Positions 6,604 to 15,947 of a stretch of DNA of 36,329 bases are shown piece by piece. The position numbers and the translations under genes were made by a program. The stretch lies in the IMG/VR virus record IMGVR_UViG_3300020442_000339, positions 1 to 36,329 of that record; one strand, given 5' to 3'. Within the stretch, counting starts at the first letter, position 1. Each line of letters begins with the position of its first letter. The notes beneath the pieces are model-generated. The model saw nothing but the letters and a program-made list of their open reading frames with translations, did no database searches and had not been told where the DNA came from. The stretch comes from a virus. Its lineage: Duplodnaviria > Caudoviricetes.

Positions 6604-7050
6604 ATGACCCGTTTTGGAAAGACAATCACATCTATTGTGACAAGTGCGGCGGCAGTCTTGACTACTGCTGTCGCTGCCCAGGCGGTCCCCGTGGTCCCAA
6701 ACTTCACCCAGGGCTCGATGACGAGCCACACGGAGACGACTCAAACAATAACTGAAACTATCAATAGCATGGATTATAGTACAGGATATCAATATTCTGC
6801 TACTGGTTCAGGTGTATCTGCCAGTGGGAATCTTTCCCCTGGCACCTCTAGTAATTCTGTATCAATCGAAGGAGTGAATTCAACATGGACTGGCGTGGGT
6901 TCAAAACCAAGTTTCACACAAACAACACCAGGAGCAGCGTTCCAGTTTACGGAAACGTATTCGGGACCAGGGCTCCAAAACCATACGATCATCCAAAGGG
7001 TGACGGAGGTTACAAGCGTCACAGACACAACAAGTATCTTCTCGCAATAA
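6604..7050 (+). CDS. Secreted Ser/Thr-rich protein
   Basis: GAGGA RBS; signal peptide ending AQA; VPVVPNFTQGSMTSHTET. Confidence 0.85.
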   Translation: MTRFGKTITSIVTSAAAVLTTAVAAQAVPVVPNFTQGSMTSHTETTQTITETINSMDYSTGYQYSATGSGVSASGNLSPGTSSNSVSIEGVNSTWTGVGSKPSFTQTTPGAAFQFTETYSGPGLQNHTIIQRVTEVTSVTDTTSIFSQ

Positions 7051-7832
7051 AAACTCTATGTCTATCTGCTCTAGCTGTAAGTGCAACTGTCCCTGCAAAT
7101 GCAGAGACTGTCGGGGGTGTGAGTGCAACGGCAAGTCCCGTCGCAAATAGCTCTGGCTCGGTGACCAATCAAGCCATTCAGGTATTGCAAGGTCCTTACA
7201 TTACCAATACTTATGGTGGAGGAATCCAGTGTCAAGGACCCACCCGTAATTTTACTCCCTATATAACAGGAACTGCATCAGCTTCCAAACCATGGGAACC
7301 ATATTACGATGACCCTGTATATGATATCAGTGATAATGCTGGTGCCTTCGATGAGAATGGGAATGCAATTGGCGATGGAATTATTGATAATCCTGGCCGC
7401 ATTCTTTTCCACAAAAAAACTAGAACTGGACAGAAGGATAACTACAGTCTAGGTCTAGGTTTCTCTATGACGTGGAGTACACCAACAGATAAAAATCTGC
7501 AGGATCTATGTAAGAAAGCAGCACAAACACAGATCGAATTGAATAGTCAACTTGCTGCCAATAAGAGATTGGATTTTGAGATCGCGAGACTCAAAAATTG
7601 TGGTCAATTGTTAAAGGAGGGAATTCGTTTTGCTCCTGGTACTAGGTACGCCAAGGTATGTGAGGATGTGCAAGTGTCTGGTGTGAACTTCATGGTTCCA
7701 CACGTACACAAGATTCCTCCTACTTCTTCGTCTTCGCCTTCACAGCGCGAAGCTTTGCAATCGCTTGATTCCGATCCCGCTGCTCTGCTTGGCGCTCCTT
7801 TACAGACAAGATCTTCATTTGTTTCCCCCTGA
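7047..7832 (+). CDS. Secreted protein, candidate oligomeric outer-membrane pore subunit (start uncertain: ATA 7047 or ATG 6885)
   Basis: Signal peptide KTLCLSALAVSATVPANA; strand YSLGLGFSMTWSTP followed by a long helix; four Cys in the mature part. Confidence 0.8.
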   Translation: MKTLCLSALAVSATVPANAETVGGVSATASPVANSSGSVTNQAIQVLQGPYITNTYGGGIQCQGPTRNFTPYITGTASASKPWEPYYDDPVYDISDNAGAFDENGNAIGDGIIDNPGRILFHKKTRTGQKDNYSLGLGFSMTWSTPTDKNLQDLCKKAAQTQIELNSQLAANKRLDFEIARLKNCGQLLKEGIRFAPGTRYAKVCEDVQVSGVNFMVPHVHKIPPTSSSSPSQREALQSLDSDPAALLGAPLQTRSSFVSP

Positions 7833-8532
7833 TTGCAGCAACCTTCTTCAAGACTTTCTTCACTGTGGGTTTAATAACCTTCAGTAAGATGTCAGCAAAT
7901 GGTTTAGCAATCAGTGCAGATGTAGTAGCAACAACAGCAATACCTCCAGTGGTGATAACAACACTCGCTGGGGGTATTCCATTTATGGCTTGCTCAACGA
8001 TGGGTATGTCTCTCACTTCCCTGATACATTGAGTGCCAACTAATTTATATCCTGTGACTTCTTTCCTACCACTGTCAAAGATGTGACCAACTGGTTCCTC
8101 TGACAATTGCTTCTGGGTAGGACATTCAATCTTTGCTGCAGCAGGAGGAGTAGTCTCTGGTGTTTTCTTTGGTGTCTCTGCTGGTTCTGGTGTTTTCTTA
8201 TCTGGTGGCGCACCAATAGGTGGCACTGGAGTCTCACGCTCAAGCTTTAACTTGCTTCTATTATAATCCATAGGACTGAACGATGGTGTGCCTGCATCAC
8301 AGTACACCTTAACACCTTTCGGATCGTCAATCTCTAATTGATTGTTGTCATTACGTTCATGAGCCTCCACACAGCCAGGCATGTCCACGACAGGGACACC
8401 AATCATGTTAGTGACTGGATAGATGGGAGGAACACTAGGGATTCGTGCCTCTGGAGCAGTCCAAATGTTAATTGGACCGATGTCAAGGTCACGAATCCTA
8501 ATGCTGTCTGTACTAATCTGTGGGATATCCAT
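7720..8532 (-). CDS. Pro-rich membrane-anchored protein
   Basis: Cys pairs, Pro/Thr linker, hydrophobic segment, basic C-terminal helix. Confidence 0.85.
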   Translation of the reverse strand: MDIPQISTDSIRIRDLDIGPINIWTAPEARIPSVPPIYPVTNMIGVPVVDMPGCVEAHERNDNNQLEIDDPKGVKVYCDAGTPSFSPMDYNRSKLKLERETPVPPIGAPPDKKTPEPAETPKKTPETTPPAAAKIECPTQKQLSEEPVGHIFDSGRKEVTGYKLVGTQCIREVRDIPIVEQAINGIPPASVVITTGGIAVVATTSALIAKPFADILLKVIKPTVKKVLKKVAAIRGKQMKILSVKERQAEQRDRNQAIAKLRAVKAKTKK

Positions 8533-8768
8533 CAGGGTAGAGGGATAGCACCACCTGTTGCACTTGGAAGTTTCGGTACTTCGGGCATTGCTTTGTCTAC
8601 AATACCAGGCAGTGCTCTAGTCACTGCTTCTGTTACTGATTTGGTAACACGTTCTCTAGCACGTTCAGTAATAGATTCTCTATTCAAGTACACATATCCA
8701 GTGGTGCCTACTACCGTCAGGGATACTAGTCCCGATAGTAGTGCCACTACGTTAATCACCTTTTGCAT
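8532..8768 (-). CDS. Small single-pass membrane protein
   Basis: MQKVINVVALLSGLVSLTVVGTTGYVYL, then an amphipathic helix. Confidence 0.8.
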   Translation of the reverse strand: MQKVINVVALLSGLVSLTVVGTTGYVYLNRESITERARERVTKSVTEAVTRALPGIVDKAMPEVPKLPSATGGAIPLP

Positions 8769-9039
8769 CTTTCTTTTCCTCACTTTTTTTATCTTTATCT
8801 TCGTCTTTCTTTTTAGACGCTTGGACTCCGAACGTAGCTAAAGTCGTTGTAAAGACGCTGGCTATAAATGTCGGATCGATTTGTCGTTGTGGAATGCCAG
8901 GAACAGTTACATAATTAAGTGTAAGAATTGCTGCCGACCACCCAAGAATAATAACACGCACCAATGCGGACAGACCTTCGTCTGCCCATTCAAACTTTTC
9001 CTTCTTCTCTGGCGCTTCCTTTACAGGAGTTTCTGCCAT
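8752..9039 (-). CDS. Two-TM membrane protein, holin-like topology
   Basis: Two hydrophobic segments, highly charged C-terminus; CTAAATA late-like box near 9063-9069. Confidence 0.75.
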   Translation of the reverse strand: MAETPVKEAPEKKEKFEWADEGLSALVRVIILGWSAAILTLNYVTVPGIPQRQIDPTFIASVFTTTLATFGVQASKKKDEDKDKKSEEKKDAKGD

Positions 9040-9065
9040 GTCTGGAATAGTTGAGGCACCTTTAT

Positions 9066-9737
9066 TTAGTCTGCAAGGTAACCATTTTCTTTTAGCCATT
9101 GCCCTGTCAGTGGTGTGGGTGGATACACTTTCCACATCTCACCAGTAGCACAGGCGTCCAATGCTTTAGCAGTCATACCTTCAGTGCGACCTGCCCATCC
9201 TGCTTCTGCCTCCCAAGGCACAGCATTTTTAGGATAGGTACGTTCAGCAAGTGTACGCCAGATCGTGGGGACTTCTTCTTCAGGTTTGATGATGGCAATC
9301 ATACTATTGTTAATAGTTCCTGCCATACAATCCTGTGCAGCATGCCACCCTTCATGTCTAGTGACACTCATGAGTGTGCTTTGACGATGCATGAAAGCAT
9401 CATTCAAAAAGAAGTTGTTACCTACAGTATGATAGACACCTCGGTGTCCTGGTGGAAAGTATTTTGTATCTGCTAGAAAGACCTTAACTCCGATCCGATC
9501 AAAAGCGGCGATGATGTCATTAAACTCACTAACAACAGCAGAAAAATCGCTGTCGGGATAACGATCGACAAAATCCTGAATACTTGTGACTCGTTTAACA
9601 TTATCGGTACACTCTAGTAGCATCATGCATCCCATAGAATCCATAGAGTGGTAACCCTTGGTGGGTTCCGCTGCTACAGGCACAGTCATACCATGTGCTG
9701 CTCCGAGAAGCAGACCTGACAAAATATACTTAAACAT
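9066..9737 (-). CDS. Secreted HEXXH zinc metallopeptidase-like protein
   Basis: Signal peptide MFKYILSGLLLGAAHG; RHEGWHAAQDC and downstream WEAEA. Confidence 0.8.
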   Translation of the reverse strand: MFKYILSGLLLGAAHGMTVPVAAEPTKGYHSMDSMGCMMLLECTDNVKRVTSIQDFVDRYPDSDFSAVVSEFNDIIAAFDRIGVKVFLADTKYFPPGHRGVYHTVGNNFFLNDAFMHRQSTLMSVTRHEGWHAAQDCMAGTINNSMIAIIKPEEEVPTIWRTLAERTYPKNAVPWEAEAGWAGRTEGMTAKALDACATGEMWKVYPPTPLTGQWLKENGYLAD

Positions 9738-9753
9738 AATAATCCTCAATGTG

Positions 9754-9900
9754 TTATTTATCTTCGTTGTACCAGAAGTCGTTCCAGTCTTCTTCTGTTG
9801 CTTCGTAGATAGGGCAAGGTTCTTCCATAAGGAGATCAACTTTTGCTCTTACCATTCTAGCACGGATTTGTTCTTCTTGCTCTTTAGTTAGAATACTCAT
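9754..9900 (-). CDS. Hypothetical protein (48 aa)
   Basis: MSILTKEQEEQIRARMVRAKVDLLMEEPCPIYEATEEDWNDFWYNEDK; fills the gap. Confidence 0.65.
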   Translation of the reverse strand: MSILTKEQEEQIRARMVRAKVDLLMEEPCPIYEATEEDWNDFWYNEDK

Positions 9901-10048
9901 TGAGAATGTCTAGCATACGGTTCAACATATGATCAGCACCTGAACGCCAATCATCATTCTTGTGGTCGTACTTACCATCACCGATCTCGTTTTTTAACTT
10001 AAGAACGTGATGCAGTGCATCAATCTTAAGCAATCGTCCTCTTGGCAT
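9884..10048 (-). CDS. Hypothetical protein (54 aa)
   Basis: MPRGRLLKIDALHHVLKLKNEIGDGKYDHKNDDWRSGADHMLNRMLDILNEYSN. Confidence 0.7.
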   Translation of the reverse strand: MPRGRLLKIDALHHVLKLKNEIGDGKYDHKNDDWRSGADHMLNRMLDILNEYSN

Positions 10049-10071
10049 AATAAAAAACCACAATGAGATAT

Positions 10072-10410
10072 TTATTTGTTGTTCTCGAACAGACCAATGA
10101 AATATTCAGCATCCACCACAATCAGTGGCTTCCTCCTGTTCTTCTTCATGACTACGATAGGTTCATAGTCACCAGAATTTTCACACGCTTGTTCGTATGC
10201 GTCCCAAACATTGAGACGTTCAACGTTCTTACATTCTATCGAGTGTGGGAACTTTTGTCTAGCTGCTCGTGCCATAATGAGATCTTCCCCACCAGCACCC
10301 ATAGATCTAGACTCGATGTCCTCTGGATGTACATCCAGCATCTCAATTAGTTTCTCTCGAACCCACTTCTGTAGGTTCCTACCCTTTGCTTTAGCACTAC
10401 TAGTTTTCAT
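10072..10410 (-). CDS. Holliday-junction resolvase-like PD-(D/E)xK endonuclease
   Basis: KAKGRNLQ, GEDL, IECKN motifs. Confidence 0.8.
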   Translation of the reverse strand: MKTSSAKAKGRNLQKWVREKLIEMLDVHPEDIESRSMGAGGEDLIMARAARQKFPHSIECKNVERLNVWDAYEQACENSGDYEPIVVMKKNRRKPLIVVDAEYFIGLFENNK

Positions 10411-10561
10411 AGCCACGGATCTGGTATTTGTATCTCATTGCTTGGAGAAACCATGCGTCCGTCAGACACTTCGGACCCTCCATGATGATCTTCGCTTGCT
10501 TGGCGTTCACACTCGGATCCGATAGTGCTTTCTTTTTCCAGTCGGGAAGTTCGTTTGTCAT
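10400..10561 (-). CDS. Hypothetical protein (53 aa)
   Basis: MTNELPDWKKKALSDPSVNAKQAKIIMEGPKCLTDAWFLQAMRYKYQIRGYEN; AGGTGG RBS. Confidence 0.7.
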   Translation of the reverse strand: MTNELPDWKKKALSDPSVNAKQAKIIMEGPKCLTDAWFLQAMRYKYQIRGYEN

Positions 10562-10582
10562 GTAACCACCTATAAAATATAT

Positions 10583-10831
10583 TCATTCGGGTATGTTATC
10601 TCCTCGCAGAAACTTACCCCAGTTTACAGTATTATAATCTATGCTATTATCCCAGCAGAACTTCTGCATGACACGCATCAATTGTTCTTCATCCATCCTG
10701 GTCCACCAAAAGATTTCATGCTGGTCTCTTGGATCAGCAACCTGGCGCATGACCTTAAGGTATTGTTCAACCGCTTTGGGTTGCTTGGGGTCTGCAACCA
10801 TTGGTTTTGGCAGGGGAGTATCAGGATTCAT
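10583..10831 (-). CDS. Hypothetical protein
   Basis: 82-aa ORF, ATGA-type coupling to the upstream gene. Confidence 0.7.
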   Translation of the reverse strand: MNPDTPLPKPMVADPKQPKAVEQYLKVMRQVADPRDQHEIFWWTRMDEEQLMRVMQKFCWDNSIDYNTVNWGKFLRGDNIPE

Positions 10832-11493
10832 AAGTTTATCAATGTATTGTCGTCATCATAGATGAACCTCTTGTCCAATGTGGTGAGGTCAAATGCAATA
10901 GTAATTCTAGGAAAGTCTTCCTGATGAATAGATGTATAGTGTGGGATATAATTTGGGAAGAGAGTTAACTTCCCTGGCACATTTTCTGCTTGATATACCT
11001 GCCCGATATCATCCATTGGATTGACATATACTGTACAAGTATTACCAGCAGTGACGGTGAAGTGTCCTCCAAGGTATGTATAAGGGTGAGAACAATGCCA
11101 ATGTCTCTGAATCTGTTCTCCTCTCCTCAATACATTTGCCCAGCATCTGATACGAAGCTTGGGTGGTTTCTCTAGAAGACCAAACAAACTTTGATAGTAT
11201 TGTCTATGAAATTTCTTGATCTCTTTATGTAACTGGTCTGTAGCAGGAAACCCCCAGGACAGGACATTAAAATGCCTGAACCTAGAGGTAAGACTTTCCG
11301 AACCAAGACCAGTATTCCCATCACTAGTGGCAGGAAACTGTTCTTTGATTTCTATTTCTTTTTTTAGTACGATATCAGCAAGAGAATCTAAATCTAAATC
11401 AATCTGCTTCTCTGCAATTGTGTAGTCCCAGGTTGGTGCAAAAGGAGTTTGTGGTTTGTCACTTGCGAATCGTGTAGCACTCCATTCATTCAT
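10828..11493 (-). CDS. 2OG-Fe(II) oxygenase-fold protein
   Basis: CWANV..HWH..LTLFPNYIPHYT..RITIAFD. Confidence 0.85.
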   Translation of the reverse strand: MNEWSATRFASDKPQTPFAPTWDYTIAEKQIDLDLDSLADIVLKKEIEIKEQFPATSDGNTGLGSESLTSRFRHFNVLSWGFPATDQLHKEIKKFHRQYYQSLFGLLEKPPKLRIRCWANVLRRGEQIQRHWHCSHPYTYLGGHFTVTAGNTCTVYVNPMDDIGQVYQAENVPGKLTLFPNYIPHYTSIHQEDFPRITIAFDLTTLDKRFIYDDDNTLINL

Positions 11494-12677
11494 AGTTTAA
11501 ACCCAGAGAATGTCTTTTCACCAACGTCCTGTTTGATACCACCGATGACATAAGACTCAACCTCTGTCTCCTGTGGTGCTACCTGCATGGTCTTGGAGTT
11601 CAACCAGTGCTCTGTCCAGGGGAGAGGATTGTTGGAGATAGGTTGATTGAAGACAGGTTTCATGTTGATAGACTTCATGCGACGATTCGCAATCCATTCA
11701 ACATAGTTCTGCAGCAGTTTGGAGTTGAGACCAATCATGCTACCATCTTTGAACAGATACTCTGCCCAGTTCTTCTCTTCCTCTACACAGTCACGGAACA
11801 TCTGGACGACGTTCTGCTCTTCCTCTTCAATGATCTTCACCATGTCAGGGTCATCACCCTTCTGCCAGTTCTTGATCATGTTCATGGTGATAGTCATGTG
11901 CTGTGACTCATCACGAGCAATCAGACCGATGATCTTTGCATTGCCTTCCATGACTTTGAGTTCACCGAAAGCAAAGGAGCAAGCGAAAGAAACATAGAAA
12001 CGAATACCCTCAAGGATGTACACGTTCATGACTGCACGATAGAGTCTACGCTTCAGATCACGCAGTGTCCATTCAGCACTAGGAGAATCTTTCCAGTCTT
12101 CCTTCCACCAGTTACCAGTGCCATACTCCTGTGCAGCATTGATGAAGTCATCGTATGCCCTGGTGACACTAGCAGCACGTTCAATGATCTTCTCATCGTC
12201 GATGATAGTATCAAGAACTTCGGTAGGATCTGGGTACACATTCTTAATGATGTATGTGTACGAGCGACTGTGGATCATCTCCATAGTCTGCCAGATATTC
12301 ATAGCACCTTCAAGTTCAGGTAGTGAACAGTAAGGTGCAAAAGCCATCCCAGGACCACGCCCTTGTACAGAATCCAGGAGGATCTGGTACTTAAGGTTGG
12401 AAGTGAAAATGTGCTTCTGCTCGGGGCGAAGTGTTTGATAGTCTGCACGGTCCTTCTGGAGCGACACCTCTTCAGGTCTCCAGAAGTATCCCAGTTGCTG
12501 TTGAGTAAGTTTCTCAAAGACAGGATACTTGTATTGATCATAACGTTGCACTCCCAGAGGGGCACCGAAGAACATAGGTTGCTTCAATGCATTCACATTG
12601 TTGGTATTGAAGACAGTCATGCCTTCTACAGGTTTCTTTGGCATATCGTCGTTGACTCTAAATTTTGCAACTGTCAC
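11490..12677 (-). CDS. nrdB: Ribonucleotide reductase class Ia beta subunit
   Basis: FWRPEEV, EMIHSRSY, LEGIRFYVSF, RDESQH, APQETE. Confidence 0.98.
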   Translation of the reverse strand: MTVAKFRVNDDMPKKPVEGMTVFNTNNVNALKQPMFFGAPLGVQRYDQYKYPVFEKLTQQQLGYFWRPEEVSLQKDRADYQTLRPEQKHIFTSNLKYQILLDSVQGRGPGMAFAPYCSLPELEGAMNIWQTMEMIHSRSYTYIIKNVYPDPTEVLDTIIDDEKIIERAASVTRAYDDFINAAQEYGTGNWWKEDWKDSPSAEWTLRDLKRRLYRAVMNVYILEGIRFYVSFACSFAFGELKVMEGNAKIIGLIARDESQHMTITMNMIKNWQKGDDPDMVKIIEEEEQNVVQMFRDCVEEEKNWAEYLFKDGSMIGLNSKLLQNYVEWIANRRMKSINMKPVFNQPISNNPLPWTEHWLNSKTMQVAPQETEVESYVIGGIKQDVGEKTFSGFKL

Positions 12678-14964
12678 AATCTTCTTCCTCGGTGTCTAGA
12701 ATTTGGGTAAGTAGGTCTTCGATGCTCTGTTTCTTCTCTTCTTCTTTGTCTTCGTCTTCTTTTACGTCATAAGTGTTTTGATAGTATGAAGTTTTCCAAC
12801 CGTACTTGTATGTAGTGAGAAAATCTTGTGCCATGACTGACACAGGGATCTCATTGTTGGGGTAATTTAGTGGATTGTAACTCCAGTTACCAGAAATTGC
12901 CTGGTCAAAGAACTTCTGCATCACAGCAACAATATTAATATACCCAGTGTTGTTAGGCATATCCCACAGAAGGGTATAATTGTTTTTAAGAGTCTGGTAT
13001 TGCGGGACAATCTGTTTAAGCGGTCCCTTCTTGCTCTTCTTAACGGACAGATACCCTCTAGGTGGTTCGATTCCATTTGTTGCGTTTGACACAACGGAAC
13101 TGCTCTCCGATGGCATTTGAGCAGACAGTGTTGAATGTCGTAATCCGAACTGTCTGATCGCTTCTCGTAGAGTTCCCCAATCAAGTGAAAGGTCATGTGG
13201 TACTAACTCGTCAACATCTTTTTTATATGTATCGATGGGCAAGATACCATGAGCATACTTGGTGCGATCAAAGTATCCACATGCACCTTTCTCTCTAGCA
13301 ATCTGGTTGGATGACTTGAGCAGGTAGTATTGGAATGCTTCAGTCAGATCATGAACCGCTTTGGTTGCTTCAGGAGAGTCGTAGGAGTGCCCCTGCTTCG
13401 CCAGGAAGTGCGCTAGACCGATGTATCCGACACCAAGGGACCTTCGGTTGAGTGTGGACTCTCTCGCCGCTTTAACGGGGTACTCCTGGTAGTCGATGAG
13501 CTCTTCCAAACCTCGCACCGCAAGGTCACATAGATTCTCCATCTCCTCAAGATTTTTGAGCTTACCCACGTTAACGGCAGAAAGAATACACAGTGCAATT
13601 TCACCCTCCCCATCGATGTGTTGAATAGGATCTGTAGGCAGGGTGATCTCCTGACACAGATTAGACATGTTCACCTTGTCCAGGAAGGAACTGTGGGTGT
13701 TGCAGTGGTCGATGTTCATCAGGTAGATGCGACCAGTCTCTGCTCTCTCCTTCAGAAGATCCAGAATAAGTTCTTGAGCGCCGATAGTTTTGCGTGGAAT
13801 AGATCCATCAGATTCATAAGATGTATAGAGATCATCAAACTCAACAGTGCCAAAAGCATCGTAAAGACCTGGGACATCGTGAGGTGAGAATAGGCTGATG
13901 TCTCCATCTTGGATGAATCGTTCATAGAACAACTTACTTAATTGAATACTGTAGTCTAGTTTACGAACACGATTGTCCTGCGTTCCTTTGTTGTTCTTCA
14001 GGACAATGATGTCCTCTATTTCTTGGTGCCAGATTGGGAAGTGGACAGTCGCGCTTCCACCGCGAATGCCATTTTGAGTGCAGCATCTGACAGTGCTCTC
14101 AAATTTTTTGAGGAATGGAATAACACCTGTGTGCGCGACTTCTCCACCTCGGATCTTACTGTTGACGCCACGGATTCTGCCTGCGTTGATACCGATGCCC
14201 GCCCTTTGTGCAACATATCTGCCGATAGCCATATCAGAACTAAAGATGCTATCGAGGGTGTCATCAGAATCAACAAGAACACAGCTAGCAAATTGTCGAA
14301 GTGGAGTTCGCACTCCTGCCATGATAGGTGTGGGAATGTTGATTCGGTGCTTGCTGATTGCGTCGTAGTATCGTCGGACATAATCGAGTCTCGTGGCGAG
14401 TGGGTATTCAGCGAAGAGAGTCAGTGCAATCAACATGTACATGTACTGTGGGGTCTCGTAGACCTCACCAGTGCTTCTGTCTTGTACAAGATACTTATCA
14501 ACCACCTGGCGAAGACCAGCATAGGTAAACAAGTAGTCACGGTCGTGGTCAATCCAAGAATTAACCTTGACCCAATCTTCATCGCTATACTTATCTAGGA
14601 TTTCTTCATCGTAGACTTTATTAACTGTAGCATTATAAGCAGCAACATCAAACACCGAAGGCATACCTTCCTTCCAGATGTTTTTATGGAATGCTTCCTT
14701 GCGTGTAGTGGCAAGGAGAAGGCGAGCAGCAACGAACTGATAGTTGGGGTGGTCCAGGTCAATCAAGTCGCTTGCAGAGCGAATAAGGATCTCCTGAATC
14801 TGTTCTGTGGTGATACCATCAAAGAACTGGATGCCAGAGTTCATCTCTACCTGACTAGAGGATACACCACCGAGACCTTTACATGCCTCGTCTACCATCT
14901 TGTGAATCTTTTCCAAGTTCAGGGATTCAACAGTCCCGTCACGCTTTTTTACGTTGATGCTCAT
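12658..14964 (-). CDS. nrdA: Ribonucleotide reductase class Ia alpha subunit
   Basis: ATP cone VKKRDG, QFASC, SNLCQEI, C-terminal CDSCKI. Confidence 0.98.
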   Translation of the reverse strand: MSINVKKRDGTVESLNLEKIHKMVDEACKGLGGVSSSQVEMNSGIQFFDGITTEQIQEILIRSASDLIDLDHPNYQFVAARLLLATTRKEAFHKNIWKEGMPSVFDVAAYNATVNKVYDEEILDKYSDEDWVKVNSWIDHDRDYLFTYAGLRQVVDKYLVQDRSTGEVYETPQYMYMLIALTLFAEYPLATRLDYVRRYYDAISKHRINIPTPIMAGVRTPLRQFASCVLVDSDDTLDSIFSSDMAIGRYVAQRAGIGINAGRIRGVNSKIRGGEVAHTGVIPFLKKFESTVRCCTQNGIRGGSATVHFPIWHQEIEDIIVLKNNKGTQDNRVRKLDYSIQLSKLFYERFIQDGDISLFSPHDVPGLYDAFGTVEFDDLYTSYESDGSIPRKTIGAQELILDLLKERAETGRIYLMNIDHCNTHSSFLDKVNMSNLCQEITLPTDPIQHIDGEGEIALCILSAVNVGKLKNLEEMENLCDLAVRGLEELIDYQEYPVKAARESTLNRRSLGVGYIGLAHFLAKQGHSYDSPEATKAVHDLTEAFQYYLLKSSNQIAREKGACGYFDRTKYAHGILPIDTYKKDVDELVPHDLSLDWGTLREAIRQFGLRHSTLSAQMPSESSSVVSNATNGIEPPRGYLSVKKSKKGPLKQIVPQYQTLKNNYTLLWDMPNNTGYINIVAVMQKFFDQAISGNWSYNPLNYPNNEIPVSVMAQDFLTTYKYGWKTSYYQNTYDVKEDEDKEEEKKQSIEDLLTQILDTEEEDCDSCKI

Positions 14965-15947
14965 ACTTTCTTCCATGTGTTCAGTTTAAGTTTCGCTTCC
15001 AGACCACGGTAGGTATTAGATTCTACCATAGTTTGCACGTCATGTCCAGCAAGGTACATGTCGTTGATGTCTTTTTGTTTAACAGATGATGGCCAGATAA
15101 CTACGGAGTAGCCTGAATCGATTGAGTTACTGATTCGCTGGACGATTTGTGGGTTGCGGGGTTCATTATCATAGACATAGCAGCAATCGTCAATAGTGCC
15201 ATTAGGGACATGAACGTCACTTCCACACATAGCAATCGAATTGCGAAGGAACGTGCTGTCAAAGGGTCCTTCGGTGATGTATACTCTTTCATTAAAATTG
15301 ATTCTGTCAAGACCAAAAATTTTAGGTTGCGATTCGTCAAGTATGATAGTAATGTATCGCAACTTGGTTCTAGGTGAGAGTGACCTCCCTTGGAAACCAA
15401 ACATTACTTTGTCTGCTGTGTATAGTGGCAGAATAATACGTGGACCATCGCCTCTCATGTCATCGAATGTAGGCGTTTGTTCGTTAGTCCACTCCTTAAA
15501 TTTGGGGGCGTATAAGAAGTAATCGAGATCTTTAATTTTTCGTTGCTCTAGATATTGCCTCGCTGGGTGAGAGTTATTTAGCTCGGAAATCTTCTGTAAA
15601 CCAGACGTTGTTCTGAATACTGGTTTTTTGAATTCAAACTTTGGTTCAGGTGTATTACTTCCCTTGCCAGTAAGTCCATCACGGTATCTCTCCATGACAT
15701 ACTGACTGTGCAATTGAGGATCTTGATCCTTTAGAAAATTAGTAAACGTCCTACCAATGCCACAGTTGTGACACTTGTAAACATAGTCATTCTTCTTACG
15801 AAAGATGTACCCACGCGCCACAGTCTTCTTCTTTTTACTGTCGCCACAGTATGGGCACCTGAAATTATACAGGTCAGCCTTCTTCTTTTTAAATCTCTGG
15901 AGTTGGGGACTAACTAAACTGACGTACTTGCTGTCCAGGTAGCTCAT
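14961..15947 (-). CDS. gp61: DNA primase (T4 gp61-like)
   Basis: NFRCPYCGDS, CHNC, TEGPFDS, YDNEPRN. Confidence 0.96.
   Translation of the reverse strand: MSYLDSKYVSLVSPQLQRFKKKKADLYNFRCPYCGDSKKKKTVARGYIFRKKNDYVYKCHNCGIGRTFTNFLKDQDPQLHSQYVMERYRDGLTGKGSNTPEPKFEFKKPVFRTTSGLQKISELNNSHPARQYLEQRKIKDLDYFLYAPKFKEWTNEQTPTFDDMRGDGPRIILPLYTADKVMFGFQGRSLSPRTKLRYITIILDESQPKIFGLDRINFNERVYITEGPFDSTFLRNSIAMCGSDVHVPNGTIDDCCYVYDNEPRNPQIVQRISNSIDSGYSVVIWPSSVKQKDINDMYLAGHDVQTMVESNTYRGLEAKLKLNTWKKV

Noticed and set aside
8783-8792. AAAAAAAG run in the holin-like gene as a second frameshift site
   Set aside because: Heptamer is out of phase with the reading frame and no stimulatory stem was seen
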